Part shown: positions 1 to 12,998 of the stretch, one piece after another
How the letters are laid out: each line of letters begins with the position of its first letter
Position numbering within the stretch: position 1 is the first letter of the stretch
From: Catajapyx aquilonaris
Taxonomy: Eukaryota
NCBI GenBank assembly: GCA_000934665.2
Contig: KZ538382.1
Coordinates: 1 to 64,000, forward strand
DNA: 64,000 nucleotides
Direction: 5' to 3'
Notes under the pieces: model-generated
Database searches by the model: none
Told to the model about the DNA's origin: nothing
The model's input: the letters and a program-made list of their open reading frames with translations, nothing else
Made by a program: the position numbers and the translations under genes

Positions 1-175
1 AAATGGTAATTAACAGTTGTGCATTTTTACAGGGTTTTTGCACGCAATAAGCACTAAACATATGCGTAAGAACAATTGTGTACATAATATGTGAAACGAG
101 TGATGATTCAAGTTAAAGCAATAATTAAGCCTATTTTTCGCACAACACAAAACAGGCTGGGCATTAGACAATCAT

Positions 176-181
176 TATATA

Positions 182-219
<38 letters not shown>
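176..219. repeat. (TA)n microsatellite
   Basis: TA dinucleotide run interrupted by TGTG. Confidence 0.9.
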
Positions 220-223
<4 letters not shown>

Positions 224-3200
224 TTTTGTCTTAACTTCAGCATGTAAGCACTACATGGCTTAAAAGATCGGTAACCCCCACTAATTTGCACACTGGTTCA
301 TTTAAATTCCTCACTCTTGATAATAATATGGTACACTTAGTAAGCCCTTTAATTATGTTTGAAGGAACCGGGTGATAGAAGTACCAGTAGGCCTAGTGGC
401 GCCTCATAGTAGCAGACATGTTCCAATAGGATCTCTCCTGCTAGAAGTATACACCATCTACTGCTAGGCTCAGGAGTGCGATCGCGTTAGACCTGTTGTA
501 GCCACCATCTATCGAGGTGGAACCAAACTTGCTGGAAGAGTCTAACAAGTAGCATCAAAGCACGTGAAATGAGCTGTCAGCGTTGATAGACCATTGAAGG
601 TCATCTATGCATGCAGACATGAGAAGCTCACTGATGATTAATCCAATCATGCACATTGGAAACTTGAACAAAATGAGTGGAGGGGTTGATACGCTGGCTA
701 AATTCCCTTCAGAGAGCGGTTTTCAATAATTGATCTAGACGTCATGGAATCCTAATGGCGGGTCTTCTGCAGTAGGACATAATATATGCAATAAATTCGC
801 TCCTAGTGAAAATTCCTTCCAACCATTCTATTTGTTAATGCCTTCCACTTACATAAAGATAAACTCACACTTAAGAGTGTAAAAGTACTGAGAGAGTGTG
901 TATGTAAATGTCTTCATAATTATATGGAAAATATGGTAATTATGTAGGCACTACCACAATATGCCATAGTGTATTAGAGCACTATTTTTTTCTACTCTTA
1001 TCCCTTTGGTTCTATTCTAACTCATACAATCCCTAAACAATTCATATCGACTGAAAAGTGGAGTGTGGAAGTAGCCTATAGCCTATCCATTTATTGACAA
1101 GTATTGGAAGAGGGAGATGGTAGAGCGTGAAAAAATGTTTTAGAAGTGGCCAGTTACCGCAAGGTATCGCATATTGGCTTGTTAAAAGTTTCAAAACTGG
1201 CTGGGGGGTATACAATTACTGAACACAATCAATTCTTATCCAAAAGATTTCAAAGCAAAGGATACTTTGAAAAGTGTACAACGAAGTAGAAGTGACTCAA
1301 TTTTTTTTTTTTTTGCTATATTGAAAGCTTTTAATCTATTTCATTCTGTTAGTAGTTTTCATGTAAGAAAAACATTTGTGGGAACGACGCAGGGTTCCGG
1401 CTGACAAGGAAATTGGGGACTGCTGAAAATACTCTTTCATTTTAGTGTCATCTACTCTAGCAAACAAGTTCCAACAAGAAATGCAGGGTACCATTGAAAG
1501 AAAATTCCAATGCCGTTACTCTCTTTTTCGTCTCTGACAATTGGCGTGTACATTAATCATCGGCTGATTTGTGTCGTTTCGTTTCGTTCTTCCCCGCTTT
1601 ATTCTTCTTGTAGTCTCCAAATGTCAGAGACATGTCCAATTCGGACACGCACACAGTAATTTGTGTCCTCCTGGATACTGCACAAGCAACAGAGAGCGTC
1701 CATGCTAGTCTATCTGAAGATTAGTTAGTAACATGCCATATTATGTATAATATACAAGATGTTTTTTGAAAAATGTCTTGGGCGAACACCTGACATTTGA
1801 TCAGACAAAGACAGGTTGTTACATCCCGGCATCCACCAGATGTGTTTCGAGTAGACTTGATGATATAATAGATGGCGTGGATTCGCTGGTGTCAGGTGTC
1901 CACTTTGTAGCTAGTCGTGAGACAGCCACGGACGATGTTTGCAAGTACCCTGTATGCTATACTCTGAATCTCCTTCAATTTAGCAGCAGCTCATCACCAG
2001 AAATCGGCGGTAAGGATGCAAGAGGAAGGCATCACGTCCAATTGCATAGCCATACGTGCCCTTTCACTATTAGAAGTGACTTTCTCAAGACGGAAGGAAT
2101 AATATCATTAGAAGCCGATTGAAATTCCATACATGCGAGCTATCCCGGAGTCACATCCGCGCATGGCTTGTATCCCAAAACCCGTTTTGGTTTTCATCCC
2201 CTGTAGGGTTGAGACACCGGGCTTAAACTTCTTCGGATTTGTCTCCCGAGAGAACACTTTCCCTTGCACTATCTCTCCTGTTTTCAGTAGGCTGCTTCCC
2301 AAGGGAGCCGACCTCTCTCTTGCACAAACACCTTCCTCCTGTGCTTCCAACTGCTGCTATACCACGACCAGAAGCCACCAAAATCAGCCGTCAGTCTCCA
2401 CAAGCCTATGCTTTCGTAGTAATCACGTCTAGAATTTTAGTACCAAACGAGCGCTACCAAAATTGAGCGGTGTAGCTAAAACCCCTTCCTTTGATGCACG
2501 AGGCTTTAATAAGGACGGGTAATATTGCCACATCCGGAAGTTGGGCTGTTTTCCCGCTGGGGGGTTACCTCTTTAATACAGGGTGAAAACGATTGAAAAT
2601 TAACCGGCGTTTACACGAGGTCGATTGACTTACGCAAGGGGCAAAGACCTCTAGGTGCATATTTCAAAAGGGGGGGACAAATTGCTAATGCAACTGTCCC
2701 TGCTGCTTGGTATACGTGAAAAGGGGAAATAGAAACTGCCTTCTGGAATTAAGGTTATATTTTCTTAACGCTAGAGTTGGTCCTAAAGGTAATAGGGGAA
2801 ACGGAGGTATTTGGTAATGCTAGGGGGTTTATCAGAACATTCCTTTCTGAAATTGTTTTCGCAAATTGCAAGCCGGTGGTATGAATTTGCCTACAAAGTG
2901 CCTTGAGAAGGATTCAAGTTGTGCAGAGTCCCAAGGTGGTTGTGGCTGCACAACGAGTGGCATCAACATTCAATATGGAAGACATATCTTTCCTAAGCTG
3001 TACGATTTTGGGGGGAAAGTGGGTATTGCGCATGCATGCGAGGTTCAACCAAGCAAATGCACATCGGGACTGGATGGGTAAAGCCCCTTGTGGAATGTAG
3101 AAGCCCACGGGGACACAGGAAACATGGAGTCTATAAATGTACGATAACCCTAAATATTCATATGCGTCCGTGCATTTATAACTTACGTGGTATTTACAAA

Positions 3201-3847
3201 GAGCCCAATCGGACCATCACATCATCGACCATTCGTTCTATTTCTTGCCTGTTGACCTTCTGATAAATGTTAACTTGTAGATCACCATGAACAAAGTCAC
3301 TGTACGAAGTTAAATTGAACATCCTTATACAATTTGTAATGTCGTGTGGAGGACGCAATCTCTTGCTAAAGCATGCTGATAACAAAAAGTACATTAAATT
3401 CTGTTTTTGTTAAACCCAAAAAGAGCACTGTACTCTGTAAATCATGTGTGCTGAGGGCACATGATTTACAGAGTACAGTGCAGTAATGTTGTAAATGCGA
3501 GTAAATGTGTGCTTATGCTTGATGATAACCCATGATCCTGTTTGTAAGCCATGCTCCGGAATAAAATAATTACGGCTCCAAATCCGCTTCATCCACTCAA
3601 AAATAATGAAAAATATGCATTAAAATTCAGCAAGTAATATAATTCCATCATTTAGCTTCTTCAAACGCTGCGCAGCTCAAGAGTGAAAATGTACATCCCC
3701 AACCGTTAACTTTCCGGCAAAGTGAGCTTCCTTAGCAATCAGCACTCAGACGAACCAAATAGGTAGATCCAATATTTCCACAGTGATTTTCAGGAAAGAT
3801 ATGATAGCACTGCCATACTCACTCCTTATGATGATATGATCACATGC

Positions 3848-3912
3848 ACCAATCGCCGCATAGCAACCACCACGCCAACCAATCGCCGCATGGCAACCAC
3901 CACAGCAACCAC
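3848..3912 (+). repeat. About 30-bp tandem duplication containing CCAATC
   Basis: ACCAATCGCCGCAT(A/G)GCAACCACCAC x2 plus a partial third copy. Confidence 0.75.
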
Positions 3913-5195
3913 TCACCGCTCCTTCAAAGTCCCATTCATTAAGAATGCGTGGTGATATATGCAATGTATATACCGAGTGGTACAGTAGTCTAGAATGAGT
4001 GGGTTTGCCGGCAGCGGCCCTTGCGCTATCATCCAGGCCATGGAGCAAGTTTGGCACCCTCCTGGGATTCCAGAAGAGCCAGCTTTGATGCCAAATGAGG
4101 CCTCCAGGCTGTGCATCCGAACTTGGAAACTCGTGATGGGTCTGCAGTGTAATCAGTGTTCGTCAAGGGGATAATGAAGTTACTTTTCCTTGTACTCAAC
4201 CCCTCTTTCATCTCTAGCAGCCCAAGGGAATGACACTCTTTTTTTTCTAAGGTTTCTCAGTTTTTTTTCTCCTATTTTCTGTGTGCTACCTCTTAGCCCT
4301 GCCAGACCCCCTATTATTGTTGTTAGGTGAGCCAAAAAATCAATCCTGCTAACTAACCTCACTAACAGCCAAGTAAAGCACCTGAATGTGTGTGGAAAGA
4401 ATTACGGTCTCCTGATGGCCTGTAGAACGTTTGCATCCGAAGGACCGTCGTCGTCTACTTGCGAATTCCAAACCCGTCCTTTCAAATGGTTTCCACAAAT
4501 CTTGCTCATGGCTCTGGCTGCCTGGTGACGTAACCCAACGACATTACTCACCTACCCCGAAAAAAGGAAGCTATGTGGAGCAAGAAGATGCTTCTGAAAA
4601 TATGGTAACAATGGTCATCCTTGCATTTATGATGCACTTCAACGTTCATGACTTGTAACAATAAGACAGACCCTTTTTTACCTCTTTCTACGGACGTCCC
4701 CAAAACAAATATTTATCTGGTGGTTTCCCAAGTGATAGAAAAAGAAAAAAAATAGCTTTTCATTGGTAAGGAGGATTTGTTGGAGTCTTTTCGGCAGAGC
4801 ACTTGGCTGTCGCCTCTGCCTTTTCTACGGTATCGACAGGAAAAAAAGGTCTCTTGGTTTTCGAATTTTCCTCCTGCTGGCAAGAAGAGAAGTCTTTTGC
4901 TGGCAGCCTTCTGATCTGGCTGATGCTCTCCCGCATGACAGGTCAAGGCTTGTGGTAGTCTGGGACTGATCTCTGATTGGATTCCGACAAAGTTTCTTCA
5001 AGGCTCCATAGGGCCCCATGCTGACAGTTACGATCACCTTTCCCCAAACCAGAATTTTACTTTCCCCTAGAGGAGAAAATGAAATCTATTGGCATATGCT
5101 CCTTTTTATATAACGCCAAAAATTTAACCGCTGGCTCAGAACTTGTCAATGGTTTCACAATTTTAAAAAAAAATTAATATATTTTGATGAGCAAC

Positions 5196-5465
5196 TGGAC
5201 ATTAATCGCGTCATACTGCTAGCGACATTTTTCGATGCGGCAGACGTGCAAATCTAAGTGCGAGACATGCGAAAAAGAAATTGTAGGCCTTGGGTGACGT
5301 CACAGGCTACGGACAAGCCCTTCTCTCCATTCCCCCCCAGCCGGTGACGTCACCCAAGGCCTCCCTCTTCTGATTCGCACGGCTCACACTCTATCACTTC
5401 GATTTCCATATCTTCCGCATCGAAAAATGTCGCTAGCAGTATGACGCGATTAATGTCCAACACTG
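5196..5465. mobile_element. Tc1/mariner-type MITE (family A, copy 1; left tip lost)
   Basis: Perfect 45-bp inverted repeat 5196-5240/5415-5459, inner inverted repeat AGGCCTTGGGTGACGTCAC, right end CACTG+TA. Homologous to 59036-59285. Confidence 0.85.
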
Positions 5466-8400
5466 TACAGCTGAACAACTGTCCTACACCGTATATAGGA
5501 TGCTAGGCATATTTGGGTTAAAGATCACGTTTGTAATTGTGCCCACGATAATGGAAACAGCACAAGGTTGCAAAACCTCCAGCAATTTTAAAGCGACCTA
5601 ACAGCTTTAGTTGGATAGTTTCCCAGCTTCGTTCGGTGGCGGTCTCAGTCCGGTTACAGCCGCATGTTGTGTCCTACTCCGCCTAAATTACTGTACATTA
5701 GCCTAATAAGGACTTGCATATTATAATTACACAAGCTTTAGGGAGCGTAGAGCGGCATCGGAGCCTCCTTGGCTGGCTCCTTCCAACTTCCAGATGGGTC
5801 ATTAGACCCACAGTGCAACGCCGGATACAACATGCAGGCAAATCTCATTGCCCATATACGCCACTCGGACACGAACAAATGACCGTTGGGAGCCGTTGGG
5901 AGCCATCTGATGCTGTGCGCTTGGCAAGAAATCGCTCGCCGAACATTTTTGGAGCGCTATAGTTGCACGGAGACATGTTCTCACGGTTCAAGACGCAGCT
6001 ATCGATTTGGTGGTTAGCTAAATGAGATGTGTGCCTAGGGTAAAAGTTGGTAATTGCAGGAGGCAGTTTGAGTCTAGGCGTCACTTCATGCTTGAATCGC
6101 TAAAATGATGCGCCTCATTCACACAATTTTATATGAAAAGAGTAGGAAATTGCGCAAACAACCGTGTTCGCTGGTCTATTGTTGTGTTGTGTATATTTTT
6201 AGTCCAGCCCGCAGCTAATGCTTCAGATCTTTATTTTCCGGTCCACATACTGTAGAATAATGTGATGGGCTATATGCACGATTTGCTTCAGCACAATCTA
6301 CCAACCTGTGGCCATCGTGGGTACTCTCTTGCAGAAATGACGGACCTAGACCTATAATCGAGTGAAGTGCATAAGGCGGTCCTAAGCTTGGGAGCTCGTA
6401 CATCAGTGCCAGTGAACCGCTGCAAGCAACGTACCCTCAGTAGCAGCCACTAGTGTTTTTGCGTTTCTTCCTGTGTGTAGTGGAAAGTGAGGAGCACTTA
6501 GGGAGGTAATCTGCTGAAAGCTGGAATGCAAGCGGGGGCTCTAGTCAAGCCTCATTACTCCGTTGACTTTGCATTCGTACACGGGGGACAATTCATTCCA
6601 CAGTGGTCCTCAGGGAGCCAAATTCGCACAATGAGAACGGATGGTGTTTCCCAGAGCAGATGCCGACGGATCCGGTGTCTCTTTTGGCAGTCACAGGTGC
6701 AAGAGACCTGTCTTAACCCTCGACCCTTAGGCTTATGTCGTCAAAACTAATGGCTCTTACACAAACTGGAGGTCTATAGAATGAACTCGCTTTATTTTAA
6801 TTACATGGTGTTAGGCCTTAATTGTGCAAGTTAACTGCCCACGGGCTTTGTTAATGGAGGTTTACAAACTTCGAGATAGATGCGCATTGTGCAAATTGGA
6901 AACGATGTACAAACTTTGGGCGTTAGGTGTAATTGCGTTAGGTGGAGCGAGGTCTAGTTTGGTAAATAATGCATGGTTTAACATGATACTAGCATGCATC
7001 AATGGGCTATGAAGATTAATTAATTTATGTGCTCGGTGTGTACAGAGTGCTGAAGATGAATGCGTATTGCGAATATTAATATTTTAAGAGATGATGGACT
7101 GTAAGCAGTTTCGAGTCGCGCCCTCGCACAAGGTACTGTAAGTGGGAGCGTTCATAGCTGCAGCTGTTGCAAAATTCCAGCTAGTTAATACAATTTCAGT
7201 AGCTTTCACGAAAAATTCCAGTGAATCACACAACGTTTGCTCAACGTAGTTGAAAAATATTATTAATAATAATTTGCGCTTTAATGTCGCTCACTCTGTG
7301 TTCAAATATTTACGCACTGACGAGTAAATGGCCAAGTCCTTGACCAATTTGTGCTTATGTAGCGTGTGATGACATTACCTCTCCGCAGCATTGATGAAAA
7401 TTGCTCTCATGTTGCATTTTGCATTTTCAAGATAATTTAATTGATACGAGCCCACCCCTTATCAAAGTAACGTGCAGTAAGAGGCGTTCCGATCAAATTC
7501 CAGCATCATCAGCCGATTACATAATTCAATTGCCGGACCCCCTATGGCAACCTTGCAATGAAGTATTCATCGTTGCATGTTAAGCTGTCTCTTCGATATT
7601 CATGAACATAATACGAGTCAATGACGCTGTTACCTACAATGAGACCTGTTTTCTACTGGAACATGAACCGGGGCGCTCTTTACCTTCAGCGCCACTGCTG
7701 CATTCTGTAGCTACATAATTAAATATAGTAAGGTTGGAGAGGAGGAAAGATCGATAGAACTTTGCCCGTCATACTACTCCCAAGTAGAGCTAGAGTTTAC
7801 TCTATGCCGCACTTCTGACTTCTTGTAGCACACGACCCTGTTCTTCCTTCGACGACCACTTTGGTGATCGACCTGCCTTCCATTATTGTTGTCATTATTC
7901 CTTATGGATCGAGCCGTATCTGTTCCCTCAGGGAAAATCAAAGGTCGGCCGCCACATGATTGGCTGCACCAGTCATATAGATTACCGGTAACCTACCTAG
8001 TGCTGGCCTGTATAAAGCTCATCTCCCTTGCGAAACTTGGAAACCGGAACCGAAAACCCACGCAAGGAATCGATATATGGGCGCTCGTTCATCCCATATT
8101 CAAAACTCATACGACTACGACAAATGTGTTGAACTTGGAAATTCGCATAATTAATGGAGGCGTTCCGGGCGGCGCTGCTGCAGTGATAAGCGACATTGCA
8201 GGAATATTACAAAAGCCATTTGCAGGTGGGACGGATCGCACAGTTGCGCAATTTGACAATGGGGGTATGCACAAAGGACGGAGTTTGTAGGGAGGAACAT
8301 TGTAAAACGTAGTGGAATGTAAGTGCAGAAATAGCAAACGGCGTAGTCTGTATGCCTCACAACCCTGCTGGCAAAACATGTCGGGATTTAATGCATGGTA

Positions 8401-8894
8401 TTGTTGGTCTTAGTAGGGTCTACCTGGAAATGTGCTTCAAAAACATGTCGGAGATGGAGAAAATGTTCCTCCCAACAGAAGTTGCAGACTGTCTCCCATA
8501 GTCACTCTACAGCCAGCACTTCAAAATTTAAACTAGAAGAATATTGTTAACAGTTCTTCACAGTTTACCAAAGATAAATTATTCAACTGCCATGTCGGAA
8601 GAAAAAGTAAAGGATCAAGTGGAACAAAGTGACCCAGTTTATCCCATATTTTAGTAACAATTACAGAGTATCTCTTGCACAACTCAGATGTAACAGATGA
8701 CATTTCCCAAATGCAATGCAGTAACTGGTACAGGCAGAGTGTCGTGTGAACTGCATGACCACTCGTTCATTCATAAGTTATAACTGTGAACATGACAACT
8801 GCAGCTGTCTAAATTGAATAATTGTTTGATGCAATAGTGGCAAATATTTTATATCCAATAAAATCGACTGCATAATTATAGCCTACGTATAATA

Positions 8895-8982
8895 CAGGGT
8901 GTTCCAGATTCGAGGATCACTTTTTGATAACTGATATCGCCCGATATCAGTTATCAAATAGTGACCCACGAATCTGGAACAC
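8895..8982. mobile_element. Foldback mariner-like MITE remnant (84-nt hairpin)
   Basis: Starts TA-CAGGGTG. Arms 8899-8939 and 8942-8982 pair at 38/41 positions with a 2-nt loop. The right terminal CCTG is missing. Confidence 0.7.
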
Positions 8983-10399
8983 AAATGGCGTCGGATTGAT
9001 TTCTGCATTTTAGAAAGCCATTTAAAATCAAGAGGAAAAAGCTGATGTCATCCTATCCTAGATATGCTGTGCTGCATGATTTCTATCTCGAAATTGTCAA
9101 AAGCGGTCCTAATTTAGTTCCCTTTTGCCCACCTCTTCAAATACCCCTGCACCATGACAAGTAAGTACGTATATCGCAGAAAATACCTGAAAACATTCAT
9201 CATACCCGTCCCCTAAACAGGAATCCGATTTGTTTATGATAATTTGGCACCAACCGAGACCCTTCCGACTTCAAATGAAAATACGGCCCTAATTAAGTTC
9301 CCATCCAGTTCTCTCTTTAATGCAGTTCCGCTTGACCGCACGCACATTTTTGGCCTGCCCGGTTCCCAATCCTTCCGAAGCCAACCACCCCATCATCAGT
9401 ATAAAGCCAGCACCCACAGAACCCCCAGCAATGGCGGTTGGCCCTGATCGGTTCCAACGGTTTCCAACGGTTTCTAACGGTCAGATGCAAGGCGGGACGT
9501 TTGAAAGGCAGAGCTCGGAGGAGAGTGGCAACCAGCAAGGCCTGCTGGTGTTGGAAATGGCGACGGCGGCCCGAGTGCTTGCTGGCTGCCCCATCGATCC
9601 TTCGTCCAGGCCTCCCCTTTCTGCCCGAATGGGATTGGACCAGAATTTCGGCGCCTCCGTTGCCACATCGGCCCCCCCTCTGCTGCCTGGGAATTTCTAT
9701 TAGGTGCCGTTTGCTGGCCTTCTGATGTGTACTACTCAGATTCTGAATCAGATCCTCGGAGGGGATGCGCTCTATAACGCGTGTCGTCGGACATGAATCA
9801 CTGGGGTGGTCCATAATGGCGGTTCTAAATGGTGGCCAAAAATAAAAATAAAATAAACCGCACTAGTTTTAAAACGAAGGTTCGTGCCAGAAACTTGAAT
9901 GAAAATGTCACATATAGATTTCCATTGATGACCAAAACCAATCGGTGTGTTTCATGAATGTAGGCTAAAATAGCTAAGTGCCGTGCAGTTATAAGAGAAA
10001 AAAGAACGTTGTCATTCAATGCTGGGCGGTACGGATAAATTATTTGGTGTGGTCATGTCGGATGGTTTGATCAGGCTTCTTAAAAGAACATTACAATGTC
10101 ATGGAATTCGCGTGGTTTAAAAATGGCTGTATTGTCTTTCTGTGTCCATATTTGGAATATCGCTGTGTACCTTCTGGTGCATTCAAGCCCCCGATAAAAC
10201 TGGCCAACGTTGATTTACACACCTAAGCCCACCTGATAGCATACGCGCATTAATGACACTGCACACCCAGATAGCTACATCTACTTAGCTGCTGCAACAC
10301 ATCCAGGGCAAAACCCTCCACATTTAACATGAATGAAACCTACCCGTTGTATGTGTATGCATGCGTGATGTGTGTGTGTATCCCCTTCCCCCACCACCC

Positions 10400-10737
10400 T
10401 GATGGTATATATACATGGCAGCATGGCAACATGGGGATGGGGAAGTGGGGCTGCGACACGAGGCCCACGAAGCGCCGCCCCGGGAAGGGAACACAACACT
10501 CCAGGCTTTCGAGGTGGGCAGGCAGAGCGGGAGAGGTCAAAAGGCGGCAAGTGAGACCCACGCACCATCTGGGCCGCCCACCGCATTCCGTCGAGGTGCG
10601 TGTGCGGGTGCGTACGGTGTGGGTGCCATGCAGCGTGTGGGCTGCCGCACCGTACCTATTTAGCATGTGAGGACCGGAATGGTGGGCCATGCTGCCCATG
10701 CACGATCAGGACGTCGGTTATCGCACTGCTGTGTTAG
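10400..10737 (+). promoter_or_regulatory. GC/CpG-rich island ending in a consensus donor: candidate promoter and non-coding first exon of neurexin
   Basis: Local GC/CpG enrichment ending in TAG|GTAAGT at 10737/10738, 1.56 kb upstream of the acceptor at 12301. The 5' boundary is approximate. Confidence 0.5.
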
Positions 10738-12326
10738 GTAAGTGTATCGTTAGTACCTTGGGGTTGGTGTCTGTTGCGGCAGAGGGATCAGCCAGGCGAG
10801 AGTTTGCGTCACTGCAGCACATTCATTCCCGTAGGAACAGGGACGCAAGGTGACTGTGTAAACACTATAGTGGCGGGGGTTTCACAGAGTTAGAGCTGGA
10901 GGGATCAGCGTATGCACACACTGACAATATCTCGTTTGATAAAATACGGTGCACAGTACCTAATAATATTAAAGAAAATATTAAATTATGCACGCTATTT
11001 TAGAGTGGGCTCATACCATTTGTTATTACGCGGCTATCTTTGAGCACTGCCTTTCATTGCAATGCATTTTTTATTAGCTCATACAAAAGTGAGTACACAA
11101 AGAACTTGATGGGAATACACAGCATGCCAACTTAATTACAAATTAGGCGGGCTTAATATTATTCCTCTTTTGGGGAGTGTATATTCGTGCTTTATAATCA
11201 ATAATGAGGAGCGCTATTACGTTTGTGTGATTACTATTACGGCTAATGCAGGATGTCTTGTCTGGCATGCTTAGGAGCCCTGTTAGTCATACATTTAAAA
11301 AAAAGGTTGATTAATTGACGGCTGTCGCTGGTTATTTCCAAAGGATGTCAACGGCTCAGGAAACCGGTAATTATCTTAATGGAGAGTTTTATGAAATGCT
11401 TCCAATGTAATAGTAACCTGCTATTATGCAATAAATGGCTATGACCATGTCGGTTCAAAGGACAGCCCCCTTTCTTTGCAGTAGGTGTAATTATTATTTT
11501 AATATCAAGTACATTTGCGGTGCTGCATTATTCAGAGGGCAAAATTGATTAACGACTATTCCCGGGCCGAGATAAGAGCAAGGCCACGGTTCTGAACACT
11601 AATATTTGGATTTAGCTTTATACAAATGCCGGTAGTTGTGACGTACTATCAGATCTACATACATCCGACATGAGACTATAGATAGGATGTCAAAGCGATA
11701 TGGATCATGAACGGATGTTGGCCTCCTGTTGTAAGGAAACACAGAGTCATCAATGACAAAGTGAGAAACGCGGTTGCACTGACTGAGAATATAAGAGGCG
11801 TTTAAATGCCAGCCAAGTGACATCAAATTGCCAACCTTCATCACGGTTGTTAATAAAACTGTCAGATTCCAAAGGTGGGTTTCAACTTCTCGGCTTTCCC
11901 AAGTGGAATTGCCCGTGGCTTTTGCCCTGTCAGTCATGGATGCATATACTTAAACGGAACGGGGCCTGTGAATTATTGTGCACCGCCGAAATGCCTCCGT
12001 TGTTGGGATAACCGCGGGAAACAAGGCCGTCTTTTAATTCATAGTCTTTGCGGTGGTGGGACTGCGGACGCAAACCCTCTTGGGAACACAAACTTTCCAA
12101 CCGATTCTGCATAATGCACGTTTCTGACTGCTTTTCCATTCCGTTTGTAAGGTTGGCACCAATGCGGCAGAGTGAGCCGCCATCTTGGTCTTTGCTGACC
12201 TGCACTCATTGGCTCGTTGTACAGTTACAACTGTTAGCATCAACTCCTAACATCCCCGTTTGTAGAGGCACTGACCCTGTGTTTCCCTGTGTCCGTTCCA
12301 GGTTTCTGTTGGCACCAGTGCGGCAC

Positions 12327-12393
12327 ATGGGGGCGGCCATCTTGGACGGCAAGGATGGACACACGTCTTAGTCACCTCCCGCAGAGCAACTAG
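12327..12393 (+). promoter_or_regulatory. Two overlapping uORFs in the neurexin 5' UTR
   Basis: ATG 12327 to TAG 12371 (MGAAILDGKDGHTS) and aggATGg 12355 to TAG 12393 (MDTRLSHLPQSN). The second ends 5 nt before the main ATG. Confidence 0.55.
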
Positions 12394-12398
12394 TCACA

Positions 12399-12998
12399 AT
12401 GAATAAGGTGTGGTGGCACGGGTGTTTGTGCTTGACAATCGTGGTGGTGGGTCTCTGGGGTCGGGGGTCATGCCTGGTCCTGGAGGGATCCCAGTCCTCC
12501 TTCGCGCAGTTCCGCAAGTGGAACGTGGGCTTGAACGGCACCCTAGAGTTCGAGTTCAAGACTGACCAGCCCAACGGACTCATCCTGTACACGGACGACG
12601 GAGGCACGTACGACTTCTTCGAGATCAAGCTGGTGGAAGGGGCTCTGAGGTTGCGTTACAACCTCGGCGGAGGAGCGCAGATCATCACCGTGGGTCGCGG
12701 ATTACACGACAATAGATGGCACAAAGTGGAAGTGAGGCGACAGGAAGAGCAGACCACGCTGTTGGTCGACTCTATCAGCCAGACCAAGACGTCCAGAGGG
12801 AAGGAGTTCCACTTCGGCAACCTCACCACCAACTCCTACGTGTACGTGGGTGGCATGCCCGGATGGTACAACAATAAGCTTACCCTTCTGGCACTGCCTA
12901 GTGTCATCTTTGAGCCTAGATTCGGCGGAGCTATTAGAAACCTGGTCTATGCGGATGAAGATGGGGTGCTGAGACGGCAGGAGATGATGGCGTTCAAG
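12399..12998 (+). CDS. Nrx-1: Alpha-neurexin coding exon 1: signal peptide + LNS1 (laminin G) domain
   Basis: Hydrophobic leader MNKVWWHGCLCLTIVVVGLWGRGSC followed by LEGSQSSFAQFRKW...LEFEFKTDQPNGLILYTDDGGTYDFFEIKLVEGALRLRYNLGGG...WHKV...VYVGG...EPRFGGAIRNLVY, typical arthropod neurexin LNS1. GC3-rich codons. Donor AAG|GTAGGA after exactly 200 codons (phase 0). The exon's acceptor is TTCCAG at 12301 with branch-like CTGAC at 12271, so the exon starts at 12302. Confidence 0.96.

Noticed and set aside
1766..6750. Independent protein-coding gene upstream of neurexin
   Set aside because: The short ORFs lack recognisable domains or a consistent exon chain. They look like decayed repeat sequence.
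9244..9814. Cluster of overlapping 100-165 aa ORFs
   Set aside because: GC-rich segment with few stops in several frames and no recognisable domain. Probably repeat-derived.
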